Shown piece by piece: positions 18,362-27,695 of a stretch of DNA of 64,000 bases. The translations under genes and the position numbers were made by a program. Positions within the stretch are counted from its first letter, which is position 1. The number at the start of each line of letters is the position of its first letter. This DNA comes from an uncultured bacterium (GTDB lineage: Bacteria > Zhuqueibacterota > QNDG01 > DTFT01). The stretch spans positions 24,792-88,791 of the forward strand of contig CAVTNR010000011.1 of assembly GCA_963736115.1 (NCBI GenBank), written 5' to 3'. The notes beneath the pieces were generated by a model that ran no database searches, was not told the DNA's origin, and saw only the letters and a list, made by a program, of their open reading frames with translations.

Positions 18362-19380
18362 TCCAGTCCTTCGGTTTCAGGATCCTCGAACTCCACGGCG
18401 ACGGGGATTTCCGGGGAAATCGACCCGCCCGAAGCCTCCACGCTTCGGAGCCATTCATACGTCCGCGTCAGTCCTTCCTTCAGGCTGATCTGGGGTGTCC
18501 ACCGGACGATGCGACGGATTTTTTCGATGTTGACAACGCGGCGCCGGATGTTGTCGATGTCGCGGCGGTCGATGTGGACCGGTTTCTGGCTGGATCCGAA
18601 AATCGATAGAATGGTTCCGGCCAGTTTGTTGACGCTCGTTTCACTGCCGGATCCCACGTTGAAAATGTCGCCCACGGCCTTGGGGTTGAGCGCGGCCATT
18701 AACGTGGCCTCCACCACGTCCGAGACGTACGTGAAATCGCGGGTTTGTTCGCCGTCTCCGTGGATGAGCGGCGGTACCCCGTTCATGAGTTTCTCGAAGA
18801 ATTTCGAAACCACGCCGCAATACGGATTGGTCGGAGACTGATTGAGTCCGTAAACGTTTGAATAACGCAGAATGACGACCGGAACGCCGTAGGTTTCGAA
18901 GAAGGATGAACAGAAATTCTCGCCGGACAGCTTGCTCGCCGCGTAGGGATTGATAATGCTCAGGCGGTCGTCCTCATTGATCGGGATGTAGCGGGCGTTC
19001 CCGTATACGGAAGCCGAAGAGGCGTAGACGATTTTCTCGATCCCGTGTTTCTTCGCCGCCAGAAGCACGTTGAAAACACCGCCGGTATTGACCAGAAAAT
19101 CAAGCCGCGGGGAGCGGGTGGAGACGATGATGTTCCGGACGGCAAGGTTGAAGACGATTTCGGACTCCTGGACCAGTCGGGAGACCAGGTCGAACCGGGT
19201 CACCGATCCCTCGATGAAACGGATGCGGTCGAACTGCCGGATGTTCTCCCGGCGGCCGGTGAAAAGGTCGTCCAGAACCGTGACCCGGGCGCCTTCTTCG
19301 ACCAGCCGGTCTGTCAGATTGGATCCTATGAATCCGGCCCCGCCAGTGACCAGAACCCGTTTACCCGCGAACCTCTTCAT
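18337..19380 (-). CDS. NAD-dependent nucleotide-sugar epimerase/dehydratase (extended SDR)
   Basis: KRVLVTGGAGFIGSNLTDRLVEEG Rossmann motif, plus YAASK catalytic Y-x3-K. Confidence 0.8.
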   Translation of the reverse strand: MKRFAGKRVLVTGGAGFIGSNLTDRLVEEGARVTVLDDLFTGRRENIRQFDRIRFIEGSVTRFDLVSRLVQESEIVFNLAVRNIIVSTRSPRLDFLVNTGGVFNVLLAAKKHGIEKIVYASSASVYGNARYIPINEDDRLSIINPYAASKLSGENFCSSFFETYGVPVVILRYSNVYGLNQSPTNPYCGVVSKFFEKLMNGVPPLIHGDGEQTRDFTYVSDVVEATLMAALNPKAVGDIFNVGSGSETSVNKLAGTILSIFGSSQKPVHIDRRDIDNIRRRVVNIEKIRRIVRWTPQISLKEGLTRTYEWLRSVEASGGSISPEIPVAVEFEDPETEGLECRGAAAP

Positions 19381-19401
19381 GGTGCTGATTTTCTCCCTTG
19401 C

Positions 19402-20163
19402 TCAAGTGGCGTCCTTCATGGAAAGAACAAACGGAACGGTCATCATCAGAATGCGTAAATCCAGAAGCAGACTCCAGTGGTCCACGTACCAGAGGTCGTG
19501 CAGAATGGCTTCTTCGTAATTATCGGGCGTGAAGCGGAGATTCAGTTTTGACCATCCGGTGAGGCCCGGCTTTACCTGGAGGCGCCGGTGGTACCATTTC
19601 TTGTAGGATTCCACCTCGTATGTCGGATGGGGCCTGGGCCCGACCAGGCTCATCTCGCCGGTCAGGATGTTGAAAATCTGGGGCAGTTCGTCCAGACTGC
19701 TTGCGCGGAGAAAACGGCCAACCCGTGTGATTCTCCGGTTGAGGTATTCCACATACTGCTCCACCCGGTCCGTCTGTCCGGCTTCTTCGGTTCCGGACAA
19801 CAAGGACTCCACATAGGATTTATGCTCCTTCTCTCCGTCGTCGGCCCGCATGGTCCTGAATTTCCAGATGCGGAATTTTCTGCCGCGGTACCCGATCCGC
19901 TCCTGACGGAAAAAAACAGGACCCCGCGAAGTCGCTTTGATCAGGATCGCGACAATCAGGAAAACGGGCAGGCTGAAAGCCAGAAAGATGGAGGCGAAAC
20001 CCAGGTCGAAGAGCCGCTTGACTGCCTGCCGGAGTCCGAGCCCGATTTCCCGGGCGAGACCCGTCTGAATCGAAGATGCCCTGCCGATCCGGCAATCCCC
20101 TAAGGATGCGGCAATCTGATCATCGATGGCGTGATGGAAGGATTTGAAAGGTGCCGGTTTCAT
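19402..20163 (-). CDS. undecaprenyl-phosphate sugar phosphotransferase (bacterial sugar transferase family, initiating enzyme)
   Basis: KRLFDLGFASIFLAFSLPVFLIVAILIKATSRGPVFFRQERIGYRGRKFRIWKFRTM...DELPQIFNILTGEMSLVGPRP. ATG 20163 is preferred over TTG 20190. Confidence 0.8.
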   Translation of the reverse strand: MKPAPFKSFHHAIDDQIAASLGDCRIGRASSIQTGLAREIGLGLRQAVKRLFDLGFASIFLAFSLPVFLIVAILIKATSRGPVFFRQERIGYRGRKFRIWKFRTMRADDGEKEHKSYVESLLSGTEEAGQTDRVEQYVEYLNRRITRVGRFLRASSLDELPQIFNILTGEMSLVGPRPHPTYEVESYKKWYHRRLQVKPGLTGWSKLNLRFTPDNYEEAILHDLWYVDHWSLLLDLRILMMTVPFVLSMKDAT

Positions 20164-20190
20164 ATCATCCAAATTCCGTGATGTCCCCAA

Positions 20191-20874
20191 TCAGGCGAAA
20201 CGGTATCCCAACCCGTGTATGGTCTGAATATACCGTGAGGGGTTGGTTTTCTCCCCTAGTTTTTCTCTCAGACGCTTGACATGAACGTCCACGGTTCTGT
20301 CCGTGACGTAGACGTTCTCACCCCACACCTTCCCGAGAATCTCCTCGCGTGAAAATATTGTGTCCCGGTGCGTGATCAGGAGGTACAGGAGCTTGAACTG
20401 CGTATACGTAAGGTCCACCGGCTTGCCGTTTTTCATGACCTCATGGGTTTCGAGGTTGATTTCGATGTCCTTGATCTGGATGGTGTTCGGCGACGTGTCG
20501 ACCAGGTCGATGCGCCGGATCAGGGCTTTGACCTTGGCCACCAGCTCCTCAAGGGCTTCAGTGCCCGCCTGGCATTCGTCCGCGCCGTTTTCGAGCGCGT
20601 TGATGCGGTCCGATGATTTCCGGCTTCCGGTTAAAACGACCAACGCGGTTTTTCGGTTGGTCTCCTGCAGCATACGGTTGATTTCGCCGATTTTGCCCTG
20701 TGCGGCGGCGTAATCGATGACGAACGCGCGCGGATTCTCTTTTTTCAGAATCGGCAGCGCATCCTGGTCCGGCGGTATTGAAACCACCCGGAATCCGGCT
20801 GAAGTGAAATGCCTTTCGATCTCCTTTGCGACGGAGGCGTCAGGCGTGGCGACAAGAACTTTGGGTGCGGTCAT
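20191..20874 (-). CDS. OmpR-family response regulator with an atypical receiver domain
   Basis: C-terminal winged helix (LTYTQFKLLYLL...VYVTDRTVDVHVKRLREKL...IQTIHGLGYRF). The receiver keeps an Asp (FVIDY) and Thr (VVLTG). It lacks the N-terminal acidic pair (VLVATPDA) and the conserved Lys (GADECQAGTE). Confidence 0.75.
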   Translation of the reverse strand: MTAPKVLVATPDASVAKEIERHFTSAGFRVVSIPPDQDALPILKKENPRAFVIDYAAAQGKIGEINRMLQETNRKTALVVLTGSRKSSDRINALENGADECQAGTEALEELVAKVKALIRRIDLVDTSPNTIQIKDIEINLETHEVMKNGKPVDLTYTQFKLLYLLITHRDTIFSREEILGKVWGENVYVTDRTVDVHVKRLREKLGEKTNPSRYIQTIHGLGYRFA

Positions 20875-21084
20875 GGTGGCATCCGTTTGTTAATGAAACA
20901 TCACAGATGTGAACGATAGGTAATATAAAGCAAGTTCCATGCCACCCAAATGCGCTATTATTTAGGCTTAACAGACATCCTCGTACGTTGTTGGGAGGGA
21001 AAAACCGGATGGGGGGAGGAAAAAAATGCCTGTTCCTTTGGGGATTTAAACCTCCATTCGGATCAGTCGACTGAAACGGAAGGG

Positions 21085-21927
21085 TCAGCCTCTGCCCGGC
21101 AGAACCAACCAGAACAAATAGGCGTATACCACCGGCGCCACCAGAATGGGCGCGTCGAAACGGTCGAACATGCCGCCATGGCCGGGAAGCAGATTTGAAG
21201 AATCTTTGACGCCGGCATCCCTTTTGAATACGGATTCGGTCAGGTCTCCAATCTGCGAAAAAACGCCGATGATCACTCCGATGAGGATCGCGTCCGTTGT
21301 GCTCAGCATCGGCAGGGTCCGGTTCTGGATGAACACGCTGACCAGCGGCGCGGAACCAAGGCCGGCGATACCGCCTTCCCAGGTCTTTTTCGGGCTGACC
21401 CGTGGAAAAAGTTTGTGCCGGCCGAAGCTGGAGCCGATAAAATAAGCCGCCGTGTCGCATACCCAGATCGTCAGAACGGTCATCAGCAAAAGCCATCCTC
21501 CAGCGGCGTACGGCCATCCCGCGTCCGCGGGGAGTTCCCGAATCGGGATGAAAAAGGAAAAAAGGCCGACATAGAAAAAACCGGCGATGGATGCGGAGGC
21601 ATTGGCGATGGCGCCCGGCTTTCCGCGGAACAGCTCAACCAGGAGTGAAAGGACAAGAAAGCATCCTGCGACGCGGGCGGCGACCGGTGTTCCGCCGAAA
21701 TACCAGGCCGCGTTGAGCGCCGGGAACGCGGCCAGGCCGGGCCAGACGGCCGGGTGAATCCCCTTCCGCTTTGAAAGGCCGCGCCATTCCCAGAACGACA
21801 CCACCTGTACAATGGTGATCAGGACGGGCAGGGCCAGCCGGCCAGCCCAGAGCGATCCCAGCACCACCGGTATGCCGAACACCGCTACCGCGATTCTCTT
21901 TGGGAGCGTGGAATAAGCGGAACTCAT
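21085..21927 (-). CDS. cdsA: phosphatidate cytidylyltransferase
   Basis: The ORF from ATG 21927 (MSSAYSTLPKRIAVAVFGIPV...) has the CdsA C-terminal signature SVFKRDAGVKDSSNLLPGHGGMFDRFD. The ATG overlaps the upstream stop. The 22269 extension is Arg-rich and overlaps the upstream gene. Confidence 0.85.
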   Translation of the reverse strand: MSSAYSTLPKRIAVAVFGIPVVLGSLWAGRLALPVLITIVQVVSFWEWRGLSKRKGIHPAVWPGLAAFPALNAAWYFGGTPVAARVAGCFLVLSLLVELFRGKPGAIANASASIAGFFYVGLFSFFIPIRELPADAGWPYAAGGWLLLMTVLTIWVCDTAAYFIGSSFGRHKLFPRVSPKKTWEGGIAGLGSAPLVSVFIQNRTLPMLSTTDAILIGVIIGVFSQIGDLTESVFKRDAGVKDSSNLLPGHGGMFDRFDAPILVAPVVYAYLFWLVLPGRG

Positions 21928-23480
21928 GTGCGTCTCTCTCCTGCGTTGGTTAGGTAGATGCCCTTCAATCCCTCGACCGGGCAGCGCACGGCGCAGATGC
22001 CGCATCCCACACAGGCATCCTCGACCACATAGGGCTGAAGCACGTTGTTCTCCCGGCCATCGATGGTCATCACGATCACTTCGCGGAAGCGGATGGCTTT
22101 TTCGGGGACGGGACAATGCTCCTCGCAGACCATGCAGTTTTCGCCGTAGTACCAGGGAATGCACCGCGTCTTGTCGAAATGCGCGGTGCCCATTTTGACC
22201 GACTTCTTCTCCTCCACGGTCAGGCGGGGAATGGCGCCCGTCGGACAGACCTGTCCGCACAGATTGCATTCATGTTCGCAATATCCCTTGGGAGGCGACA
22301 GCAAGGGAGTGCCCAGTCCGTCCCACCCGGTTTGAAGGCCGGCCAGCTGCAGACCCTGACCGGATGTGGAACAGACGCGCACGCATTCTCCGCACCGGAT
22401 GCATCGGTCGAGAAATTCATCCTCTATCCGGGCGGCAGGCGGGCGGATGACCAGGCCGCTTCGGACCGGGTCGGTGAAACGGGTTCTCGCCAGACCCGCC
22501 GCGAAGAGACCGGTCAAACCGGCGCCCAGCAGTTTCCTGCGGGACAGGTCTACCGGAGTCGCGGAAGGTTTACGGACGAAACGGAAGCGGACAACCCGGT
22601 CCGGGCAACCAGCCTGGCAGTCCATGCAGTTGATGCATTCCGCGTGACGAGTCGAAACATAATCCGCGGGAATGGCGTCCATCCGGCACTCGGCCGCGCA
22701 GAGTCCGCAGGCCCGGCATTTTTCTCCGACCGTGCGCCGGTACCAGCGGGTGCGCGACAGAACCCCGAGCAGTCCGCCCAGCGGACACAGGTAACGGCAC
22801 CAGAACCGCCTCCGGATCAGCCCTGCCAGGAGAATGGCCAGAAACAGAACGGCGATCCAGAAGGCTCCGCTGAAATCGGATGGCGCCACGGGAAGAAAGG
22901 AGCCGTGCAGCCAGTCATCCGCGCGGCCGGCTGCGGATTCCAGGAAAGGGATGCCCGTTAAAAAAACGAGAAGGCCTTCGGCCATCCAGACAAAAACAGG
23001 GAAAATCACAGCGGTCAGGGTGCGCGTCAGGATGGAAATCGGATCGAACCAACCCGCCATCTGAACGGAGAAAAAAGCAGCTGTCACCAGCGCGGCCAGC
23101 AGAAAATATTTGACGCTTCTGAGCCGGGCGGATTCCGCTCCGGCGGACGCGCCGGTCTGCGCGTCCGCGCCTCGGCCGGACCGGCGTTTCCGGGCAGGGT
23201 TCGCGCAGTTGTCGAAACCGTCGATGACGGTGCCCATCGGACACACCCAACCGCAGAAAAACCGGCCGAGCAGGACGCCGGCCGCAACGAGGATTACAGC
23301 CCAGAGACAGGCCGGGATCCAGGAACGGGCGGCGACGGCAGCGGTGAAAGTTCCGAGGGGACTCAGGCGGAGGAAGGCGTCCACGGGAAGCCCGGTCTCC
23401 AGTGGATAAGAGGCCTTGATCCAGAACAGGATAAAAAGCAGAAGAAAGAAAACCTGTGAAATTCGTCTTGCGGTGCGCAT
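21924..23480 (-). CDS. membrane-bound polyferredoxin (NapH/MauN-like N-terminus plus multiple 4Fe-4S domains)
   Basis: CGWVCPMG and CRYLCPLG motifs sit in the TM region. They are followed by six CxxCxxCxxxCP-type cluster motifs. Confidence 0.75.
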   Translation of the reverse strand: MRTARRISQVFFLLLFILFWIKASYPLETGLPVDAFLRLSPLGTFTAAVAARSWIPACLWAVILVAAGVLLGRFFCGWVCPMGTVIDGFDNCANPARKRRSGRGADAQTGASAGAESARLRSVKYFLLAALVTAAFFSVQMAGWFDPISILTRTLTAVIFPVFVWMAEGLLVFLTGIPFLESAAGRADDWLHGSFLPVAPSDFSGAFWIAVLFLAILLAGLIRRRFWCRYLCPLGGLLGVLSRTRWYRRTVGEKCRACGLCAAECRMDAIPADYVSTRHAECINCMDCQAGCPDRVVRFRFVRKPSATPVDLSRRKLLGAGLTGLFAAGLARTRFTDPVRSGLVIRPPAARIEDEFLDRCIRCGECVRVCSTSGQGLQLAGLQTGWDGLGTPLLSPPKGYCEHECNLCGQVCPTGAIPRLTVEEKKSVKMGTAHFDKTRCIPWYYGENCMVCEEHCPVPEKAIRFREVIVMTIDGRENNVLQPYVVEDACVGCGICAVRCPVEGLKGIYLTNAGERRT

Positions 23481-23491
23481 GGAACGGTCCG

Positions 23492-24400
23492 TTAGGCGCC
23501 GAGGTTCACGGTCCTGACGGACACGCGGCTGAGGTCATTCTCGCCGAGGCCCCTGCGTTTCGCCTCGGTCAGGAAGGGAATCCGGCCGGGATTCAGGCTG
23601 AACAGGGTCGCGCCGAATGCATCCACCGCGACGGGATCCGTCCCGGCGATGACGGTTCTGCGGAGGGAGACGTCCGAGAGATTGCCGCCGCTCGGTCCGT
23701 TCCGCGTCAGGACGCGGAATGCATCCAGGACGATGAGGTCGGGCCGGATGCGGGCGTTGAGATCCGCTATCTTCGGGGCGAAATCACGGTGAAACTGTCC
23801 GCGGTTTCCGCCGATGACGCCCATCAGATTTTTCATGCCGAGGGAGACACCGGCGTCCGGCACGCTGTGATGCTTGGCCGCCGGGACATTGATGAGCCGG
23901 TCCGCCTCCAGCACGTCTTCGTAAATTTCCCACGATCGGATCTTCTCGCCTTCCGGAAAGGCCACGGACTTGAACTTTCGCTCCGACACAAAGGAAACCT
24001 CGGCGCCGGCCTGGCGCGCGGCCTGTTCGATGCCGGTCCGCTTGTAGCACCGTCTGGGCTCGTTGAGCGTGTAGTCGAACACACGGACTTTTTTCGCGCC
24101 AGCCTCGAGGGCCATGCGGACCACTTCCGCCACCACGTCCGGATTGGTGGTGGCCCCCTGCTCCGGAACGCGGTCCCAGGCGATGTTGGGTTTCACCACG
24201 ACCACGTCCCCGGGTTTGACGAATTTCCGCATGCCGCCGATTTCATCGACCGCCCGGCGCGCAAGCGCGGCGGGTGAACCGTCCCGGACCACGGCGATTT
24301 CGGTCGCAGGCGCTGAAAAGGCCGGGACGCTTTTTCGGAGAATCAGGGAACCGGTCGCCGCCCAGAGGGCGGTTCGTCCAAGGAACTGACGTCTGTCCAT
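23492..24400 (-). CDS. DUF362 domain protein with twin-arginine (Tat) signal
   Basis: MDRRQFLGRTALWAATGSL Tat-like leader, and a DUF362-like core (VVVKPNIAWDRVPEQGATTNPDVVAEVVRM...). Confidence 0.65.
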   Translation of the reverse strand: MDRRQFLGRTALWAATGSLILRKSVPAFSAPATEIAVVRDGSPAALARRAVDEIGGMRKFVKPGDVVVVKPNIAWDRVPEQGATTNPDVVAEVVRMALEAGAKKVRVFDYTLNEPRRCYKRTGIEQAARQAGAEVSFVSERKFKSVAFPEGEKIRSWEIYEDVLEADRLINVPAAKHHSVPDAGVSLGMKNLMGVIGGNRGQFHRDFAPKIADLNARIRPDLIVLDAFRVLTRNGPSGGNLSDVSLRRTVIAGTDPVAVDAFGATLFSLNPGRIPFLTEAKRRGLGENDLSRVSVRTVNLGA

Positions 24401-24417
24401 GGGCCTTCCGTTCCGGT

Positions 24418-26889
24418 CTAATTGGTGTCCTGGGGCTTCACTGACTTGGGATGATCGACCTTTTTCTTGACCGATTCGGCGTCCACGAACTCGAGCCCGT
24501 CATCCTTGCAGCGGACCAGGATCTGTGCGCCGCCGGGGAAACGGTTCTTCAGAAGTTCCTCGGCCATCGGATCCTCCACGTACTTTCGCACAATGCGCCG
24601 GACCTGGCGGGCGCCGTATGTGGGGTCATACCCTTTGTCCACGAGGAATTCCTTGGCCTTGTCCGTGAAAACGACCTGCACGTTTCGATCCTGAAGCTCC
24701 TTCATGCTGGACTGCAGCGCCAGATCAACGATGCGGTGCATGTGCTCCCGGCGGAGCGGCCGGAACACCACGCTCTCGTCGATCCGGTTGATGAATTCCG
24801 GATTGAACAGCCTCTTGGTCTCCTCCAGCATGACGGACCGCATCGACTCGTAGTCGATTTCGTCCTCCTTCGCGCTGAATCCGTACGATCCTTTCCGGAT
24901 CGCACGGGTGCCGATGTTGGAGGTCATGATCAGAATCGTGTTTTTAAAGTCGACTTTCCGGCCGAGTCCGTCGGTGAGATGGCCGTCATCTAGAATCTGA
25001 AGGAGCAGATTGAAGACATCCGGATGGGCCTTTTCAATCTCGTCCAGCAAAACGACGGAATAGGGTCTCCGGCGCACTTTTTCCGTCAGCTGGCCCCCTT
25101 CCTCATATCCAACGTAGCCGGGAGGCGCGCCGGTCATCCGGGAGACGGCGAATTTTTCCATGAATTCCGACATGTCCATTCGGATCAGGGCGTTCTCATC
25201 GTCGAACAGATACTCCGCGAGCACTTTGGCCAGATAGGTCTTGCCGACCCCGGTGGGCCCCAGGAAGAGAAATGAGCCGATCGGCCTGCGGGGATCCTTG
25301 AGACCCGCGCGCGTCCGGCAGATGGCCCGGCTCAGAATTTCGATGCTCTCGTCCTGGCCGATGACGCGCTGTTTCAGGAGCGAGGACATGGCGAGCAGTT
25401 TCTCGGACTCGGACTGGGCGACGCGGGAAATGGGAATGCCGGTCATCATCGAAACGACTTCAGCGATGTCGTCGGTCGTGACCGTGGCGAGGGCCTCCCC
25501 TTCCTCCTCCTCCCAGCGTTTCTTGGAGTCCTCGAGATCCGTCTGCAGTTTCTTCTCCCGGTCCCGCAACACGGCGGCTTTCTCGAATTCCTGGTTCCGG
25601 ATCACGTTTTCCTTCTCGGTGCGGATGACCTTGAGACGCTCCTCGAACATGGTGATCTCGCGCGGAACGGCGATGTTGGCCAGATGCACCTTGGATCCGG
25701 CCTCGTCCAGCACGTCAATGGCCTTGTCCGGCAGAAACTTGTCGGTGATATAGCGGTCGGATAGACGCACGCAGGATTCGACGGCGTCCTCGGCATAGCG
25801 GATCCGGTGATGCTTTTCATAACGCTCCCGCAGACCGAACAGAATGCGGATCGTATCCTCTACCGAGGGCGGGTCGACGATCACTTTCTGAAAACGACGC
25901 TCCAGGGCCCCGTCCTTCTCGATGTACTGCCGATACTCGTCCAGAGTGGTCGCGCCGATGCACTGCAGTTCCCCGCGGGCCAGTGCGGGCTTGAACATGT
26001 TCGATGCATCCAGGGATCCGGACGCGCCGCCGGCCCCGACGATCGTGTGCAGTTCGTCGATGAACAGGATGATGTTCTTTGATTTACCGAGCTCGTTCAT
26101 GATGGCTTTCATGCGCTCTTCAAACTGGCCGCGGTATTTCGTGCCCGCCACGATGGCGCCGAGGTCCAGCGTCACCACGCGCTTGTTGTGGAGGACGCGC
26201 GACACGTTCTTTTCAATGATGCGCATGGCCAGGCCTTCGGCGATGGCGGTCTTGCCGACGCCCGGTTCGCCGATGAGGACGGGATTGTTCTTCTTCCGAC
26301 GGGAGAGGATCTGGGCGACCCGCCGGATTTCGTTTTCGCGCCCGATGACGGGATCCAGGTCCCCCTTCTGCGCGAGCACGGTCAGGTCCCGGCCGAAATG
26401 GTCGAGCGCCGGGGTTTGCGATTTGCTTTTCGGTTCCTTCTGGCTGGACGTGCCCCGCAGGACGTTTTCCAGCTCTTCGAGAACGGACTCGTAAGTGACA
26501 TCGAAGCTTGAGAGCACCTGCGCGGCGATGCCTTCCTGGTCGCGGAGCAGTGCCAGCAGCAGATGTTCGGTTCCGATCACATTGGATTTGAAACGTTCTG
26601 CTTCGGCGGTGGCCACCCGGAGAACACGTTCGGCCCGCTTTGTGAACGGAATATTGCCCACGGTGATGGTGCCGCCGGATGATTTGACAGTGTCCTCGAC
26701 CGCTTTTTTCAGTTCCTCCAGGTCCAGGTCCATATTCTGAAAGATCTCAATGGCAACGCCTCCGCCCTCCTTGATAAGGCCGAGCAGGAGGTGCTCCGTG
26801 CCGATGTAGTCATGGCCGAGCCGCAACGCTTCTTCCCTGGAGAGCTGAATGACGAGCTGTACGCGTTGCGAAAAATTATTCTTGATCAT
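24418..26889 (-). CDS. clpC: ATP-dependent Clp protease ATP-binding subunit ClpC
   Basis: Two Clp_N repeats, two AAA+ modules ([15 protein letters not shown]; [15 protein letters not shown]), a UVR-like middle domain, 823 aa. Confidence 0.9.
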   Translation of the reverse strand: MIKNNFSQRVQLVIQLSREEALRLGHDYIGTEHLLLGLIKEGGGVAIEIFQNMDLDLEELKKAVEDTVKSSGGTITVGNIPFTKRAERVLRVATAEAERFKSNVIGTEHLLLALLRDQEGIAAQVLSSFDVTYESVLEELENVLRGTSSQKEPKSKSQTPALDHFGRDLTVLAQKGDLDPVIGRENEIRRVAQILSRRKKNNPVLIGEPGVGKTAIAEGLAMRIIEKNVSRVLHNKRVVTLDLGAIVAGTKYRGQFEERMKAIMNELGKSKNIILFIDELHTIVGAGGASGSLDASNMFKPALARGELQCIGATTLDEYRQYIEKDGALERRFQKVIVDPPSVEDTIRILFGLRERYEKHHRIRYAEDAVESCVRLSDRYITDKFLPDKAIDVLDEAGSKVHLANIAVPREITMFEERLKVIRTEKENVIRNQEFEKAAVLRDREKKLQTDLEDSKKRWEEEEGEALATVTTDDIAEVVSMMTGIPISRVAQSESEKLLAMSSLLKQRVIGQDESIEILSRAICRTRAGLKDPRRPIGSFLFLGPTGVGKTYLAKVLAEYLFDDENALIRMDMSEFMEKFAVSRMTGAPPGYVGYEEGGQLTEKVRRRPYSVVLLDEIEKAHPDVFNLLLQILDDGHLTDGLGRKVDFKNTILIMTSNIGTRAIRKGSYGFSAKEDEIDYESMRSVMLEETKRLFNPEFINRIDESVVFRPLRREHMHRIVDLALQSSMKELQDRNVQVVFTDKAKEFLVDKGYDPTYGARQVRRIVRKYVEDPMAEELLKNRFPGGAQILVRCKDDGLEFVDAESVKKKVDHPKSVKPQDTN

Positions 26890-26999
26890 GGCATAAGTCC
26901 TTTATTCTGAGAAAAATGACAACCCAGAAATGATATGCAAATATCAGGCCATCAAACCGGGTCAGTCATCACCAAGAAAGGCGTCTAACATCATATTTT

Positions 27000-27695
27000 T
27001 CATGATTGCTTGATTCTACCGTCTATCATCTCGATGACCCGGTCTGCCTTTTTGGCCAGGTCTGGATTATGAGTGACCACCACAAACGACATGTTTTCCT
27101 GCCGGACCCTGTTCCACATCAGTTCATGCAATGCGTCGCTGTTTGCGCGGTCCAGGTTACCCGAGGGTTCGTCCGCCAGGACCAGAACCGGATTGTTGAC
27201 CAGCGCGCGCGCGAAAGCGATCCGCTGCTGTTCGCCGCCGGACAGCTCTCTCGGCTTGTGGGACCTGCGGTTCGAAAGACCCATGGCATCGAGAAGCATT
27301 CTGGAGCGCCGGAAGGCGGAATCGGGGGTCTCACGGGCGATCAGGGCCGGCATGGCGACATTCTCCTCCGCGCTGAAGTCCGGCAGGAGATGGTGGAACT
27401 GAAAGACAAATCCGATGCGCCGGTTGCGGAAACCGGACAAGCGCGAATCGTTCATTGAAAAAACGGGAACGGATTCGATGGAAATCCTTCCCCGGGTGGG
27501 CCGGTCCAGAGCGCCGAGGATGTGCAAAAGGGTGCTTTTACCGGCGCCGGACGGGCCGATCACGGCGAGAATCTCCCCACGGACGATCTTGAGGTCAATC
27601 CCCTTCAGGACCGGAAGCGTACGGTTGCCCGCGATCGGGAAGGATTTATGGATATCTTCTGCTGAAAGCAGCACGTTGGATTCGGCTTTATTCAT
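27000..27695 (-). CDS. lolD: lipoprotein-releasing ABC transporter ATP-binding protein
   Basis: Walker A GPSGAGKST, signature LSGGEQQRIAFARAL, Walker B LVLADEP. Overlaps the permease gene. Confidence 0.8.
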   Translation of the reverse strand: MNKAESNVLLSAEDIHKSFPIAGNRTLPVLKGIDLKIVRGEILAVIGPSGAGKSTLLHILGALDRPTRGRISIESVPVFSMNDSRLSGFRNRRIGFVFQFHHLLPDFSAEENVAMPALIARETPDSAFRRSRMLLDAMGLSNRRSHKPRELSGGEQQRIAFARALVNNPVLVLADEPSGNLDRANSDALHELMWNRVRQENMSFVVVTHNPDLAKKADRVIEMIDGRIKQS

